Below are positions 49,156-59,893 of a DNA stretch of 64,000 bases, in pieces. Source of the stretch: an uncultured Clostridia bacterium. GTDB lineage: Bacteria; Bacillota; Clostridia; TANB77; CAG-508. The stretch is taken from assembly GCA_934120135.1 (NCBI GenBank), contig CAKOTK010000003.1, positions 8,746 through 72,745 of the forward strand, in the 5' to 3' direction. The notes beneath the pieces were generated by a model. The model saw nothing but the letters and a program-made list of their open reading frames with translations. It searched no databases and had not been told where the DNA came from. Every line of letters begins with the position of its first letter. The first letter of the stretch is position 1. The translations under genes were made by a program, and so were the position numbers.

Positions 49156-50508
49156 TTATTTTGCATTTTTTAAAAAATATGCCATTTTATCTAAAAATTC
49201 ATTATTATTTTTTGTTGCAACCATTTGTGTAATTAATTCTTCAGTAACATCTGCAACAGACATTGTTGACATTGCCTTTCTTAATGCAAATACTGTTTCT
49301 AATTCTTTTGGAGTTAATAATAGTTCTTCTCTTCTTGTTCCAGATTTGTTTATATCAATTGCTGGGAAAATTCTCTTTTCTGATAATTTTCTATCTAAGT
49401 GAACCTCCATATTACCAGTACCTTTAAATTCCTCAAATATAACATCGTCCATTCTACTTCCTGTTTCTATTAATGCAGTAGCTAAAATCGTTAAGCTCCC
49501 CCCATTTTCTATATTTCTAGCTGCTCCAAAGAATTTTTTTGGTTTATGTAATGCACTTGGATCTAAACCACCAGATAATGTTCTTCCTGAAGATGGTATA
49601 GATAAGTTGTATGCTCTTGCTAAACGAGTGATACTATCTAATAGTATTACTACATCTTTCTTTTGCTCTGTTAATCTTTTAGCTCTTTCTAGTACCATTT
49701 CTGCTACCTTAACATGATGTTCAGGTAACTCATCAAAAGTAGAATATATAACATCTCCTTTAATGCTACGTCTCATGTCTGTAACTTCTTCCGGACGCTC
49801 ATCTATTAAAAGCACTATCAACTCTATTTCTGGATTATTTGTTGTAATGCTGTTTGCTATTTTCTTTAATAATGTAGTTTTTCCAACTTTAGGTGGAGCA
49901 ACTATCATTCCTCTTTGACCTTTTCCAATTGGTGACATTAAGTCAATAATTCTCATTGCATATTCATTTGGAACTGTTTCTAATCTGATTCTTTCGTCTG
50001 GATAAATAGGGGTCAAATCATCAAATTTTTGCCTTCTATATGCTTTTTCTGGAGATTCTCCATTAACTTCACCAACATAAATTAGTGCTGGAAATTTTTC
50101 TCCCTCTTTTGGTAATCTAGCTATTCCTTTTACTTTGTCACCTTTATCTAATTTGAATCTTCTAATTTGTATAGGAGATATATATACATCTTTTGGAGTT
50201 GATAAATAATTTTCTCCTCTTAAAAATCCATATCCATCTGGTAATACTTCTAATATTCCTTCAACAATTTGATCATCTGCATTTGTCAATTTATATGATC
50301 CGTTTGAAGGCTCAGCAAGAGTGCTTGTAGTTACATCTGTTGCGACGTAGCTTCCATCATATTCAATTTCTTCTGATTCAGTTGGTTCATTGTCTAATTT
50401 TAATAGTTCTTCTATGATTTCTTCTTTTTTTAGCTTTGAAGTGTTTTTTATTCCTTTTTCTTTTGCAAGTTGACGCAATTCAACTAGTGTATAATTTTCT
50501 AAATCCAT
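49156..50508 (-). CDS. rho: transcription termination factor Rho
   Basis: 'LPDGYGFLR', '[20 protein letters not shown]' and '[25 protein letters not shown]'. Confidence 0.97.
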   Translation of the reverse strand: MDLENYTLVELRQLAKEKGIKNTSKLKKEEIIEELLKLDNEPTESEEIEYDGSYVATDVTTSTLAEPSNGSYKLTNADDQIVEGILEVLPDGYGFLRGENYLSTPKDVYISPIQIRRFKLDKGDKVKGIARLPKEGEKFPALIYVGEVNGESPEKAYRRQKFDDLTPIYPDERIRLETVPNEYAMRIIDLMSPIGKGQRGMIVAPPKVGKTTLLKKIANSITTNNPEIELIVLLIDERPEEVTDMRRSIKGDVIYSTFDELPEHHVKVAEMVLERAKRLTEQKKDVVILLDSITRLARAYNLSIPSSGRTLSGGLDPSALHKPKKFFGAARNIENGGSLTILATALIETGSRMDDVIFEEFKGTGNMEVHLDRKLSEKRIFPAIDINKSGTRREELLLTPKELETVFALRKAMSTMSVADVTEELITQMVATKNNNEFLDKMAYFLKNAK

Positions 50509-50696
50509 ATAATTTCCCCCATTATTAAATTTATATAAACAGACAAAATAAAGCTTGTCCGTGTTTTTAATTTTATTTTACTAATTCTTTTGGATTTTAA
50601 AGTTAGAATTAAAATAATTGAATAAATATAAATTGTGTATGATAATGAGAAAGAATAAACTTTCTCATTATATAAGTGCATTTATTGGTATATAAA

Positions 50697-50984
50697 TTAT
50701 TTACTAATATCTATGTATACTTTTTCATTTGGCAAATACATATCTAGTTTTTCTCTAGCTACTTCCTCAATATATTCTTTTGAATTTATATTTGCCTTTG
50801 TTTCAAGTAATTGCTCCTTTTTTTCTTCTTCGGCAGCAATTTGTTCTGTATATCTTTTGCTATCTGCTTTATATGCATTTAACTCTTTTTGTTGAACAAA
50901 AAATGTATAAACTACATAAATTAGTATAGCAATAATTATAATTCTTTTAAAATTTATTTTCTTGTTTTTCATCTGTAATTTCAT
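50697..50984 (-). CDS. divIC: septum formation initiator (FtsB/DivIC family)
   Basis: N-terminal TM helix plus coiled coil, in the conserved yabP-yabQ-divIC order. Confidence 0.7.
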   Translation of the reverse strand: MKLQMKNKKINFKRIIIIAILIYVVYTFFVQQKELNAYKADSKRYTEQIAAEEEKKEQLLETKANINSKEYIEEVAREKLDMYLPNEKVYIDISK

Positions 50985-51041
50985 TCCTTAATTAATTTCT
51001 TGTAATATTATAACACACTATAATTATTTTTTCTACAAATT

Positions 51042-51527
51042 TCATAAAATTCCTTCTTTTTCTTGCAATTTAATTTTATTTTTTTCTTTTTTCTTCATAA
51101 TTTTTGTCGTATTTTGAAATATTTTTTTGAAAAATGTATATAATTTTTGTGCTAAAAATTTTATAGGATTAATAAGTAAAAAATTAAATATTTTTAAAAT
51201 TAAATTTACCGGATAGGATATTATCTTTTTAATAAATTTTATTATAATAACTGAATATTTTACTATATATTTACTAAGCGTAAGAATATAAATCAGTACT
51301 CCTAGTGCAATTCCAACAAATATGTAACTTCTAATTTCTCCATTATTAAATTTAAATATAGAAAATAATATGACAAAACCCGCTAATATCCAAAACAAAA
51401 TATCTTGCAAAGTTGTTAGCCAATCAGCTGTTTTAAAACTTCTACGTAATATTCTAAAAATATCAAATAAACCCCCTATAACTATTCCTGTGGTTGTAAA
51501 AGCAATTAAGCAAAGTAGTTGCTCCAT
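51042..51527 (-). CDS. yabQ: spore cortex biosynthesis protein YabQ
   Basis: Polytopic small membrane protein directly downstream of yabP. Confidence 0.6.
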   Translation of the reverse strand: MEQLLCLIAFTTTGIVIGGLFDIFRILRRSFKTADWLTTLQDILFWILAGFVILFSIFKFNNGEIRSYIFVGIALGVLIYILTLSKYIVKYSVIIIKFIKKIISYPVNLILKIFNFLLINPIKFLAQKLYTFFKKIFQNTTKIMKKKEKNKIKLQEKEGIL

Positions 51528-51590
51528 TTTAAACTCATTCCCTTCACATTGAGCTTGATGCAGTGAAAATTCTAATTATTTTTCAATGCA

Positions 51591-51902
51591 CTATTTGAAG
51601 ATTTTGCCTAAAAGTCCTCCACCCTTCTCCATACTATCTTTTTCACTATATGCAAGTTGATATATTGTGCCATCTATTGTCACTTCTGATGTGTCCAAAC
51701 TTAATTTATTTATTCTCAAATTTTCTCCTTTTACTGTAAGCAAGCCTAACTCTGTTTCTAAAATAACTATTTGATCATCAAAACTAAGTACATCTAATAC
51801 TCCTGTAATATTTAATTTTTCTCTATTTTCTAAAACAATATTTTGAATAACATTTGTCATACTTGACATTGATTTTCTTTCTTCTAATGGCATATCCATC
51901 AC
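51591..51902 (-). CDS. yabP: sporulation protein YabP
   Basis: 'LENREKLNITGVLDVLSFDDQIVILETELGLLTVKGENLRINKL' is typical of YabP. Confidence 0.8.
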   Translation of the reverse strand: MMDMPLEERKSMSSMTNVIQNIVLENREKLNITGVLDVLSFDDQIVILETELGLLTVKGENLRINKLSLDTSEVTIDGTIYQLAYSEKDSMEKGGGLLGKIFK

Positions 51903-51975
51903 TCCTTAAAAACAAGTCTATTTATATATATTCAGGTCTTGTCTCATTTAGAACAAAATTAAAGGAAAGTATTTA

Positions 51976-52698
51976 TTACTTTCCTATAATTGTTCCTATT
52001 TCATCATTAAATGTATTTTTAACTATTATTTTTACACCGTATTTTTTGGCTAATATTACACATCTATCATGTAAGACTTTAGCTCCATTTTTAGCCATTT
52101 CTTCCATATCATCATAAGAAATATAATCTAACTTTTTAGCATTTTTATACTTATATGGATCTTTATCATAAACACCATTTGTATCTGTAAAAATATAGCA
52201 TTCTTCCTGCTCTAAAGCAGCTGCAATTGCTATAGCTGTCGTGTCTGAGCCATTTCTTCCTAATGTTGTTATATTGTTATTTTCATTTATTCCTTGAAAT
52301 CCTGTTATAACCACAACATCATTAGTCTTCAGTTCACTCCAAATCATTTTAGGGTATATGTCTTGAATTTTAGCTTCTGTATAATTTGAGTCAGTTACTA
52401 TTCCAGCTTGCCATCCTGTTAAAGAAACAGCTTTATAGCCTAAGCTATGTAATAATATTGCAAACTTGCTACACGCCATTTGTTCTCCAACAGACATTAA
52501 AACATCTAGTTCTCTTTTATTTGGCTCATCTGTCAATTCTTTTGCTTCTTTTATTAAATTATCTGTTGTTTTACCTTGAGCCGACAAAATGGTAACTACC
52601 TTTTCCCCACTTTCTAAAAATGAAATAGTCTTTTGTGCAGCTAATCTTAATTTATTAGTGTCAGCAATTGAGCTCCCTCCAAATTTAATTACTTTCAT
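51976..52698 (-). CDS. aspartate kinase-like amino-acid kinase, catalytic domain only (no ACT domains)
   Basis: 'MKVIKFGGSS...', 'GRNGSDTTA' and 'IFTDTNGVYDKDP'. Confidence 0.7.
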   Translation of the reverse strand: MKVIKFGGSSIADTNKLRLAAQKTISFLESGEKVVTILSAQGKTTDNLIKEAKELTDEPNKRELDVLMSVGEQMACSKFAILLHSLGYKAVSLTGWQAGIVTDSNYTEAKIQDIYPKMIWSELKTNDVVVITGFQGINENNNITTLGRNGSDTTAIAIAAALEQEECYIFTDTNGVYDKDPYKYKNAKKLDYISYDDMEEMAKNGAKVLHDRCVILAKKYGVKIIVKNTFNDEIGTIIGK

Positions 52699-52872
52699 AA
52701 GAACCACTAATCCTTATATAAAAAATACAAGCCAATTTAATTTTAAACTTGACTTGTATATAATATGTTTATTGCTCCTTTTTGTTACACATATAACATT
52801 TTCCAAACATTGACAAAATACGACGCAGAGGTTTATAATAATATATATATAATAAAAGGAGGAAAAATACTT

Positions 52873-54252
52873 ATGAAAAAGTTTTTAAAAAATGCAATAG
52901 TGTTCTTTATTGCACTTATTATGTTTGTATTGTTGTCAAATACAACTAAAGCAGTGGAGGTAACTGATGCGAAGAAAAGTAAAATATTAGAATTTCTAGA
53001 AGCTAATAACATACTTTCTTATTACAACTATGACAAGGTTGAAAATATTTATATCACAAATGAATTATTACATGAAATCGGTGGAAACCCTGTAACCGAA
53101 GAACAACGTAAAAATGCTGAAATATATGAAATGGTTAATGATATGAAAGAAGGCTTTGTAATTACAAGAGATTCTATAAACAATTATTTGCAGAATACCA
53201 TTGGGCTAACCGTGGATAAATTAAAAAATTACGACCAATTCTTGAATCAAACAACAACATCTGATAACAAAAACCAATTTTACTATTTTACAATAACCAG
53301 TCCAGCAGATTATAGTGATTATGCAATAACTAAAGTAGAAGAAACATCTGCTTCTACAATTAAAGTTACTATAACAGCAAAAATGAACAAAGAAGAATTC
53401 TCAAATGTAATAGAATTAGTTAAAAAAGGTGACTCGTATAATTTTGTATCATCTACAAGTGCAGATGGAAAAAGTAGACCACTTACTGTTGGCTCAGACT
53501 ATCAATTTAATGATAAGAAATCTAACACTTCAGATACAAATAAAATACTAGAATTTATAAAGGCTAATAAAGTACTTTCTTATTACAATTACGATAAAGT
53601 TGAAAACATTTATATCACACGTGCATTGTTGTGTGAAGTTGGTGGAAGTCCGGTAAGTGAAGAACAACGTAAAAATACTGGTATATATGAAATGATTGGA
53701 GATTTAAAAGAAGGTTTTGTAACTACAAAAGATGCGGTAAATCAATATTTACAAAACACACTTGGTATAACAGTGGATAAATTAAAAAATTATGAACAAT
53801 TCTTAAATCAAACAACAACATCTGATAACAAAAACCAATTTTACTATTTTACAATAACAGGACCAACAAACTATAGTGATTATGCAATAACTAAAGTGGA
53901 AGAAACATCTGCTTCTACAATTAAAGTTACTATAACAGCAAAAATGAACGAAGAAGAATTTTCAAATGTAATAGAATTAGTAAAAAAAGGCGACTCATAT
54001 AATTTTGTATCATCTACAAGTGCAGATGGAAAAAACAGATCACTTGTTGTAGGTTCAGAAAATGAATTTAATAATAAAACAACAAAAACTATAAATCCTA
54101 CAGATAAAACAGATAAAGACAACATCACTGCAGACACTAAAATTCCACAAACAGGAATTACAAAAAATATAATAATTATTTCAATACTTAGTGTATTAGG
54201 AATTATAATAATTATATCATTAGTTAAATACAATAAAAGCAAAAATGATTAA
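52873..54252 (+). CDS. sortase-anchored surface protein with a 187-aa internal tandem duplication
   Basis: Signal peptide. Two repeats with a 561-nt period (52981 vs 53542). C-terminal 'IPQTG' followed by a hydrophobic segment and a KSKND tail. Confidence 0.7.
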   Translation: MKKFLKNAIVFFIALIMFVLLSNTTKAVEVTDAKKSKILEFLEANNILSYYNYDKVENIYITNELLHEIGGNPVTEEQRKNAEIYEMVNDMKEGFVITRDSINNYLQNTIGLTVDKLKNYDQFLNQTTTSDNKNQFYYFTITSPADYSDYAITKVEETSASTIKVTITAKMNKEEFSNVIELVKKGDSYNFVSSTSADGKSRPLTVGSDYQFNDKKSNTSDTNKILEFIKANKVLSYYNYDKVENIYITRALLCEVGGSPVSEEQRKNTGIYEMIGDLKEGFVTTKDAVNQYLQNTLGITVDKLKNYEQFLNQTTTSDNKNQFYYFTITGPTNYSDYAITKVEETSASTIKVTITAKMNEEEFSNVIELVKKGDSYNFVSSTSADGKNRSLVVGSENEFNNKTTKTINPTDKTDKDNITADTKIPQTGITKNIIIISILSVLGIIIIISLVKYNKSKND

Positions 54253-54286
54253 TAAATAAAGCAACTATTATATAAAAATAGTTGCT

Positions 54287-55391
54287 TTATTTTAAATTCT
54301 TTTTCAAATAACTATCAATAAATCCGTTTAAGTCTCCATCCATTACAGCTTGAACATTTCCAACCTCATAATTAGTTCTATGGTCTTTTACTAAAGTGTA
54401 TGGACAAAATACATAAGAACGAATTTGGCTTCCCCATGCAATATCCATTTGCATACCTTTTAATTCGTCAATTGTATCTTTTTGTTCCTTTTCTTTTAAA
54501 TTTAATAGTTTAGATCTTAGCATTTTCATTGCAGTATCTCTGTTTTGAAATTGTGAACGTTCAGTTTGACATGCTACAATAATTCCTGTTGGAATATGTG
54601 TTAGTCTTACTGCAGATGATGTCTTATTTATATGTTGACCACCTGCACCAGACGCCCTATAAACATCCATTTTTATATCGTCAGGGTTGATATCTAATTC
54701 AATATCATCTGTTATTTCTGGTAAAACCTCAACAGAAGCAAAAGATGTGTGTCTTCTTCCGCCTGCATCAAATGGTGAAATTCTAACTAATCTATGTACT
54801 CCCATTTCGCCTTTTAAGTATCCATAGGCATAATCACCATTAACAGAAAATGTAACACTTTTTAGCCCTGCTTCATCACCTTCAAGATAATCAAGTTCTT
54901 TTACTTCATAACCATTAGCATTCGCCCATCTTGTATACATTCTATATAACATTTCAGCCCAATCTTGAGCCTCTGTTCCTCCTGCACCTGGATGAATAGT
55001 TAGTATTGCATTATTGTTATCATACTTTCCAGATAATAAAGTAGTTATTTCCAATTTTTCTATGTCTTTTTCTAATGTATATGTAGACTTTAACAACTCT
55101 TTAGCTAATTCTTCGTCTTCCTCAACTTGTAAAAGCTCACTCATTTCAAGTAAATTATTTAGTTCATTATTTAATTTTTTAAAGCCTTCTACTTTTGATT
55201 TTAAGCTATTAATTTGTTTTAAAACTTTTGAGCTATTATCTGTATCATTCCAAAAATCGTTTTCAGTTGTTTTACTTTCTAACTCTTTTAACTCTTTTTC
55301 TTTGTTTTCTACATCAAAGTGAATCACCTATCTGTTCTAAACGTTTTTTTAGTTCTTGTAATTTTTTAGAGTTTTCTTCTAAATCTAACAT
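54287..55391 (-). CDS. prfB: peptide chain release factor 2 (programmed +1 frameshift)
   Basis: ORF0 is MLDLEENSKKLQELKKRLEQIGDSL, ending at 'ctt tga'. The +1 frame continues DVENKEKELKEL... Contains 'SGAGGQHINKTSSAVR' (GGQ). Confidence 0.95.
55314..55319 (-). promoter_or_regulatory. prfB autoregulatory +1 frameshift site CUU UGA
   Basis: The minus-strand sequence is '...ataggtgattca ctt tga tgt'. An SD-like 'aggtga' lies upstream. Confidence 0.85.
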
Positions 55392-55406
55392 CTTCTCACA
55401 TCCTTT

Positions 55407-56432
55407 TCAAAAATCAAAATCCAGCCAAATATATGCTGACATATCATAATTTAACACTTTATCTATAAGCTCTTTTGCTTCCTTTTCAATCAATGTTATT
55501 CTTTTTCCATTAACTAAAGGGTTAATATATCTTTTTTTGGCTCCATGGTGAACAAAATATACATTTTCAGGTTGTTGTTGTGATATATTAACCATTTTAG
55601 CAGTTTTCCATATATCATATACTTTTGAATATTTAGAGCTTTCAATAATCCTAATTATATCACTTTCCTTTTGGCTATATAAATCATCTATTGTTATTAA
55701 CTTTTCTTCATTTAGTTTTTTAACTATATCTGCTAAAAATTGCATTGAGTATCTTGTTCTTTCTTCAAAATAAATTATAGCCAGCTTAGACATTGCTCTA
55801 ACAAATCTCATTGCAATATCTAAAGTTTTAAAGCCTAATTCTGACACATTATTTTCATTTGATTGAATTATTATATCATTATATATTTCTTCAATTTCTT
55901 GCAAGTTTAATTTATTATAGTGGAATAATGCATTTGATAAAGTATATTCTAATCTGTCAGCAGAAAGCATTGGCGTATCATTGTCTGCTATAGGATATTT
56001 ATGATAATCATTTACTTCTTCTAATTTAATATTATCTCTTTTCAATAAGCTCATTATTTCAGAGGAATTTGATATCATTTCTGTAGTTAAGTCTTCTGTT
56101 GACTCTTGAGTCATATAATCACCATTTAAAAAATCTATGCAATGTTTAAATACTGGTGTTGCAATATCATGAAAAAGTCCAGCTAGAGTTTGTTTTTTAT
56201 CATGTGTAAAATGCCAAACTATTAAAGCTACACCAATCGAATGATCTAAACTTGAATAAAAATAACTGCTTTCAAATAAATCACTATAAATTGTCCCGCA
56301 AGTAACACTTATATAGTTTTGTTTAAATAAAGCCTCTGTATTTATATATTCCCATAACCATTCTGGAAAATCTGGCTCTAATACTTTAAAGTATTCTAAA
56401 GTTCTTTTATTTACTGTATCTAAATAGTTCAT
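55407..56432 (-). CDS. HD domain-containing phosphohydrolase
   Basis: 'LDHSIGVALIVWHFT...LAGLFHDIATPVFKH'. Confidence 0.65.
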   Translation of the reverse strand: MNYLDTVNKRTLEYFKVLEPDFPEWLWEYINTEALFKQNYISVTCGTIYSDLFESSYFYSSLDHSIGVALIVWHFTHDKKQTLAGLFHDIATPVFKHCIDFLNGDYMTQESTEDLTTEMISNSSEIMSLLKRDNIKLEEVNDYHKYPIADNDTPMLSADRLEYTLSNALFHYNKLNLQEIEEIYNDIIIQSNENNVSELGFKTLDIAMRFVRAMSKLAIIYFEERTRYSMQFLADIVKKLNEEKLITIDDLYSQKESDIIRIIESSKYSKVYDIWKTAKMVNISQQQPENVYFVHHGAKKRYINPLVNGKRITLIEKEAKELIDKVLNYDMSAYIWLDFDF

Positions 56433-56438
56433 AATTTA

Positions 56439-58640
56439 CTACTTCCTTCTTAATCTTAATGCATTTATTACTACCGTTAAGCTACTAATTGTCATACTAA
56501 ACGCTGCTATCATTGGATTTAGTGTGATTCCTAATGGTTGTAAAATTCCTGCTGCAATTGGAATCATACATACATTGTAGAAAAACGCCCAAAATAGATT
56601 TTGCTTTATATTTCTTACAGTTTTACTACTAATATCTAATAAATCATTTATTCTCTCTAAGTTGTCATTCATAATAATAACTTGAGCTGAATCTCTTGCA
56701 ATATCTGTACCACTTGATACAGAAACTCCAATATTAGCAGTTACTAAACTAACACTATCATTTATTCCATCTCCACACATCATTACTAATCCTTTTTCCT
56801 TTAGTTTGTTAATAGTTTCTGCCTTTTCTTTTGGAGTAACATTTGCAACAACATTTGTTATTCCTATTTGATTAGCAATTACGTTTGCTGTTTTTTCATT
56901 GTCACCTGTTAGCATTACAACCTCAATGCTTTTGCTCTTTAATTCTGTTATTACTTGTGGAACATTCTCTTTTGTAACATCACTTACACCTAACAAGGCT
57001 ACTAACTTTTTATTTAAGCTTACAAATAAAATACTATTTCCATCACTTATTAGTTTTTGCTCATCTTCGCTATTTGTTAGTTCAACATTATTTTCTAACA
57101 TTAGTTTTTTATTACCAATTAAATAATGCTTTTCATCAGATGTTTTTCCCTCTATTCCAAATCCAGGAATAGCTTTAAAATCTTTTACATCTATCAAACT
57201 AATATTATCTTCTTGGGCTTTATTTACAATTGCTCTTGCTATTGGGTGCTCTGATTTGTTTTCTAAACTTGCTATATCTTTTAATAATTCTTTTTCATCT
57301 TCATTACTATAGTTATACATCTTAGAAACTGTTAAAGTTCCTTTTGTCAATGTTCCTGTTTTATCAAAGCAAATAGTCTTTACTTTATGTGCATTTTCTA
57401 ATGTCTCACTTGATTTTACTAATATTCCTTTTCTACTTGCATTTCCAGATGCAATAACAATTGCAAGTGGAGTTGCTAAGCCAAGGCTACAAGGGCATGC
57501 CACAACTAATATGCTTACAAATATATTTATTGCAACAGAAAAATCTTTAGAAATTATTAACCATATACCAAATATAATTATAGCAATTACTAAAACAGTT
57601 GGTACAAAATATCCACTTATTTTGTCTGCTATTTTAGCTATTGGAGCTTTTGTGCTTGTTGCTTGTGCTACTAGTTTTACTATTTCTGAAACAGTTGATT
57701 CTTTTCCTATTTTCTCTGCTCTATATTGAATAGTTCCTTCATAATTTATACTTCCTGCAATTACTTTAGAGCCTACTTCTCTTTTTACAGGTACACTCTC
57801 CCCTGTTATAAATGATTCGTTTATATGTGTAGTTCCTTGAACGACCTCTCCATCCACTGCTATTTTTTCACCTGGTTTGCAAATAACAATATCACCTTTT
57901 TTAATTTCATCTAATGTAACTTTTACTTCTTGTCCATCTTTTAAAATTGTTGCATTATTAGGAGTTATTGTCATAAGCTGTTTTAGTGCCTCTTTTGTTT
58001 TATCTTTATTTTTGTTTTCGATATATCTGCCTATTTCAATAAAAAATATAACAATTGCAGCTGACTCATAATATAAATTTTCTACGTACTGAGCATTTTC
58101 TTTTAATATTTGAATTGTGCCGTATATACTATATATGAAACTTGCTAATACTCCAATCATTACTAAAGTGTCCATATTAGGTGTTTTGTGTATTAAATTT
58201 TTATATCCATTTTTCAAAATATCTTTTCCTAAAGTTATAACAACTATAGTTAATATTAATAACGCAATTGCATAATTTACAGGATGATACATCATATTTA
58301 AAAATGAAATAGATGGTAAACCTACCATGTGTGCCATTGATATATATAATATTACTAATGATATTATTGTTATTGCAATTAGTTTATATTTCTCAGTACC
58401 TTTTTTCTTACTCTCTTTTTCAAATGTGTCAATTCCTAAACTTGTAAATCCTGCTTTTTCTATAAATTTTTCAACTTGCTCTAGTGTTAATTTTTGTTCA
58501 TCATATTCAATATTTGCATTATTCATAACTAAATTTACATTTGCTTGTTTTATTCCATCTTGTTTGTTTAAATACTTTTCTAGGCCTGATGAACATGCGC
58601 TACAAGTCATTCCATCTATTTTTAATAATACTTTTTTCAT
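56439..58640 (-). CDS. copA: copper-translocating P1B-type ATPase
   Basis: N-terminal 'GMTCSACSSGLEK', TM 'CPC', 'DKTGTLT' and 'GDGINDS'. Confidence 0.9.
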   Translation of the reverse strand: MKKVLLKIDGMTCSACSSGLEKYLNKQDGIKQANVNLVMNNANIEYDEQKLTLEQVEKFIEKAGFTSLGIDTFEKESKKKGTEKYKLIAITIISLVILYISMAHMVGLPSISFLNMMYHPVNYAIALLILTIVVITLGKDILKNGYKNLIHKTPNMDTLVMIGVLASFIYSIYGTIQILKENAQYVENLYYESAAIVIFFIEIGRYIENKNKDKTKEALKQLMTITPNNATILKDGQEVKVTLDEIKKGDIVICKPGEKIAVDGEVVQGTTHINESFITGESVPVKREVGSKVIAGSINYEGTIQYRAEKIGKESTVSEIVKLVAQATSTKAPIAKIADKISGYFVPTVLVIAIIIFGIWLIISKDFSVAINIFVSILVVACPCSLGLATPLAIVIASGNASRKGILVKSSETLENAHKVKTICFDKTGTLTKGTLTVSKMYNYSNEDEKELLKDIASLENKSEHPIARAIVNKAQEDNISLIDVKDFKAIPGFGIEGKTSDEKHYLIGNKKLMLENNVELTNSEDEQKLISDGNSILFVSLNKKLVALLGVSDVTKENVPQVITELKSKSIEVVMLTGDNEKTANVIANQIGITNVVANVTPKEKAETINKLKEKGLVMMCGDGINDSVSLVTANIGVSVSSGTDIARDSAQVIIMNDNLERINDLLDISSKTVRNIKQNLFWAFFYNVCMIPIAAGILQPLGITLNPMIAAFSMTISSLTVVINALRLRRK

Positions 58641-58643
58641 GTA

Positions 58644-58850
58644 TTATTCTCCTTTAAACCCTGCATCTTCTATTTCTTGAAGAATTGTATTTAATTCTAC
58701 CTCTTCCTCATTATATTTTATATCAGCTGATTTTTCTTCTAAGCTTACTTTAGCGCTTTCTACTCCATCTACATTATTTAATATTTTTTCTAATCTATTA
58801 GAACATCCTGCACAATGCATTCCTTCTATTTTTAATTTAATTTCTTTCAT
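58644..58850 (-). CDS. copZ: copper chaperone, heavy-metal-associated domain
   Basis: 'GMHCAGCSNRLEK' is an MxCxxC motif. Located directly upstream of copA. Confidence 0.85.
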   Translation of the reverse strand: MKEIKLKIEGMHCAGCSNRLEKILNNVDGVESAKVSLEEKSADIKYNEEEVELNTILQEIEDAGFKGE

Positions 58851-58867
58851 TTCTGAATTTTTCCTTT

Positions 58868-59113
58868 CTATTTAGCAGCACTCTCAATTTCTTGTAATTC
58901 AAACCTATACTTTTGTTTTACATTTGGATATTTATTATGATCAACTTCACTTAAAAACATATCAAGTGGTCTTATCCAAAGGCTTCCATCTCCATATAGT
59001 CTTCTATATACAACATATTTTTCTTTTGTTTCAGAATCATTTGCAACATCAACTACTAAATAATAATCTCCTTTAAAATGCTTATATACTCTATTTATTT
59101 GTATCTCTCTCAT
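58868..59113 (-). CDS. DUF1653 domain protein
   Basis: 'YKHFKGDYYLVV...YVVYRRLYGDGSLWIRPLDMF'. ATG 59113 has a 'gggagga' SD. Confidence 0.6.
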   Translation of the reverse strand: MREIQINRVYKHFKGDYYLVVDVANDSETKEKYVVYRRLYGDGSLWIRPLDMFLSEVDHNKYPNVKQKYRFELQEIESAAK

Positions 59114-59250
59114 ATCTTTTCCTCCCTTTAGATTAAATATACTAAAATTTATTGCCATCACTAGATTTTCTTTTCAATTTTACTTAGTTATAACACTTAT
59201 CTTCCAAAAGTTTAAAGTTACAACATCTTTCTGATAAATTGGAGTTAGGA

Positions 59251-59733
59251 TTATTTTCTACTCTTCTTAACTTTGCTCCATTCGTGCATTATATAAATTA
59301 CTTTTTCATCTTCTTTATAAAAATTATATATTGGAGTAAATCCTTCCTTGATATGTAAATTTAAAGAAGGAATATTTTTCTCATTTATGGCAGCATATAT
59401 TGTATAATCATTAAATTTTGTTTTTATATAATTATATATATTTGAAGCTACTCCTTCTTTTAGATGATTTTTAGAGGTTACAATTTCCCAGATATAAATA
59501 GTTTTTTTAGGCATATTTTCTATATAATTAGGATATTTTTCAATTTCACAAAAATCTTTTTTAAAATATAATACCGCATAACCATATACGTCATTATCTT
59601 TTTTACATACCACTTTTAGCATATTGTTATCTTTTATTGATCTTAAATTACAGTTATTACCTATGTATCCTGAATTATTTTCAATCCAAATTTTTCTTAT
59701 TTCTTCTAAACATTCATTTTCTACGATATACAT
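59251..59733 (-). CDS. GNAT family N-acetyltransferase
   Basis: 160 aa. 'IWEIVTSKNHLKEGVASNIYNYI' resembles the acetyl-CoA binding motif A. Confidence 0.6.
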   Translation of the reverse strand: MYIVENECLEEIRKIWIENNSGYIGNNCNLRSIKDNNMLKVVCKKDNDVYGYAVLYFKKDFCEIEKYPNYIENMPKKTIYIWEIVTSKNHLKEGVASNIYNYIKTKFNDYTIYAAINEKNIPSLNLHIKEGFTPIYNFYKEDEKVIYIMHEWSKVKKSRK

Positions 59734-59893
59734 AATATTATTTCCTCCTTGATATAGTCTATTATATCATAGTGAAACTTATTTTGAACAGTTTTATAAA
59801 ATTTAATAAAGGTGCCAGCACATTATTTTATGTTGACACCCTCATTTTGCTATATATTTTTAATATATTTTTGTTAAGATATAAAAATTTATT

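Noticed and set aside
49151-49402. 83-aa plus-strand ORF overlapping the 3' end of rho
   Set aside because: It is antisense to the unambiguous rho gene.
52589-52872. Track extension of the surface-protein ORF back to 52765, and ORF 52589-52813
   Set aside because: The region upstream of ATG 52873 has no signal-peptide logic. The strong 'aaaggagga' SD sits directly before 52873. The other ORF is antisense to, or overlaps, the kinase gene.
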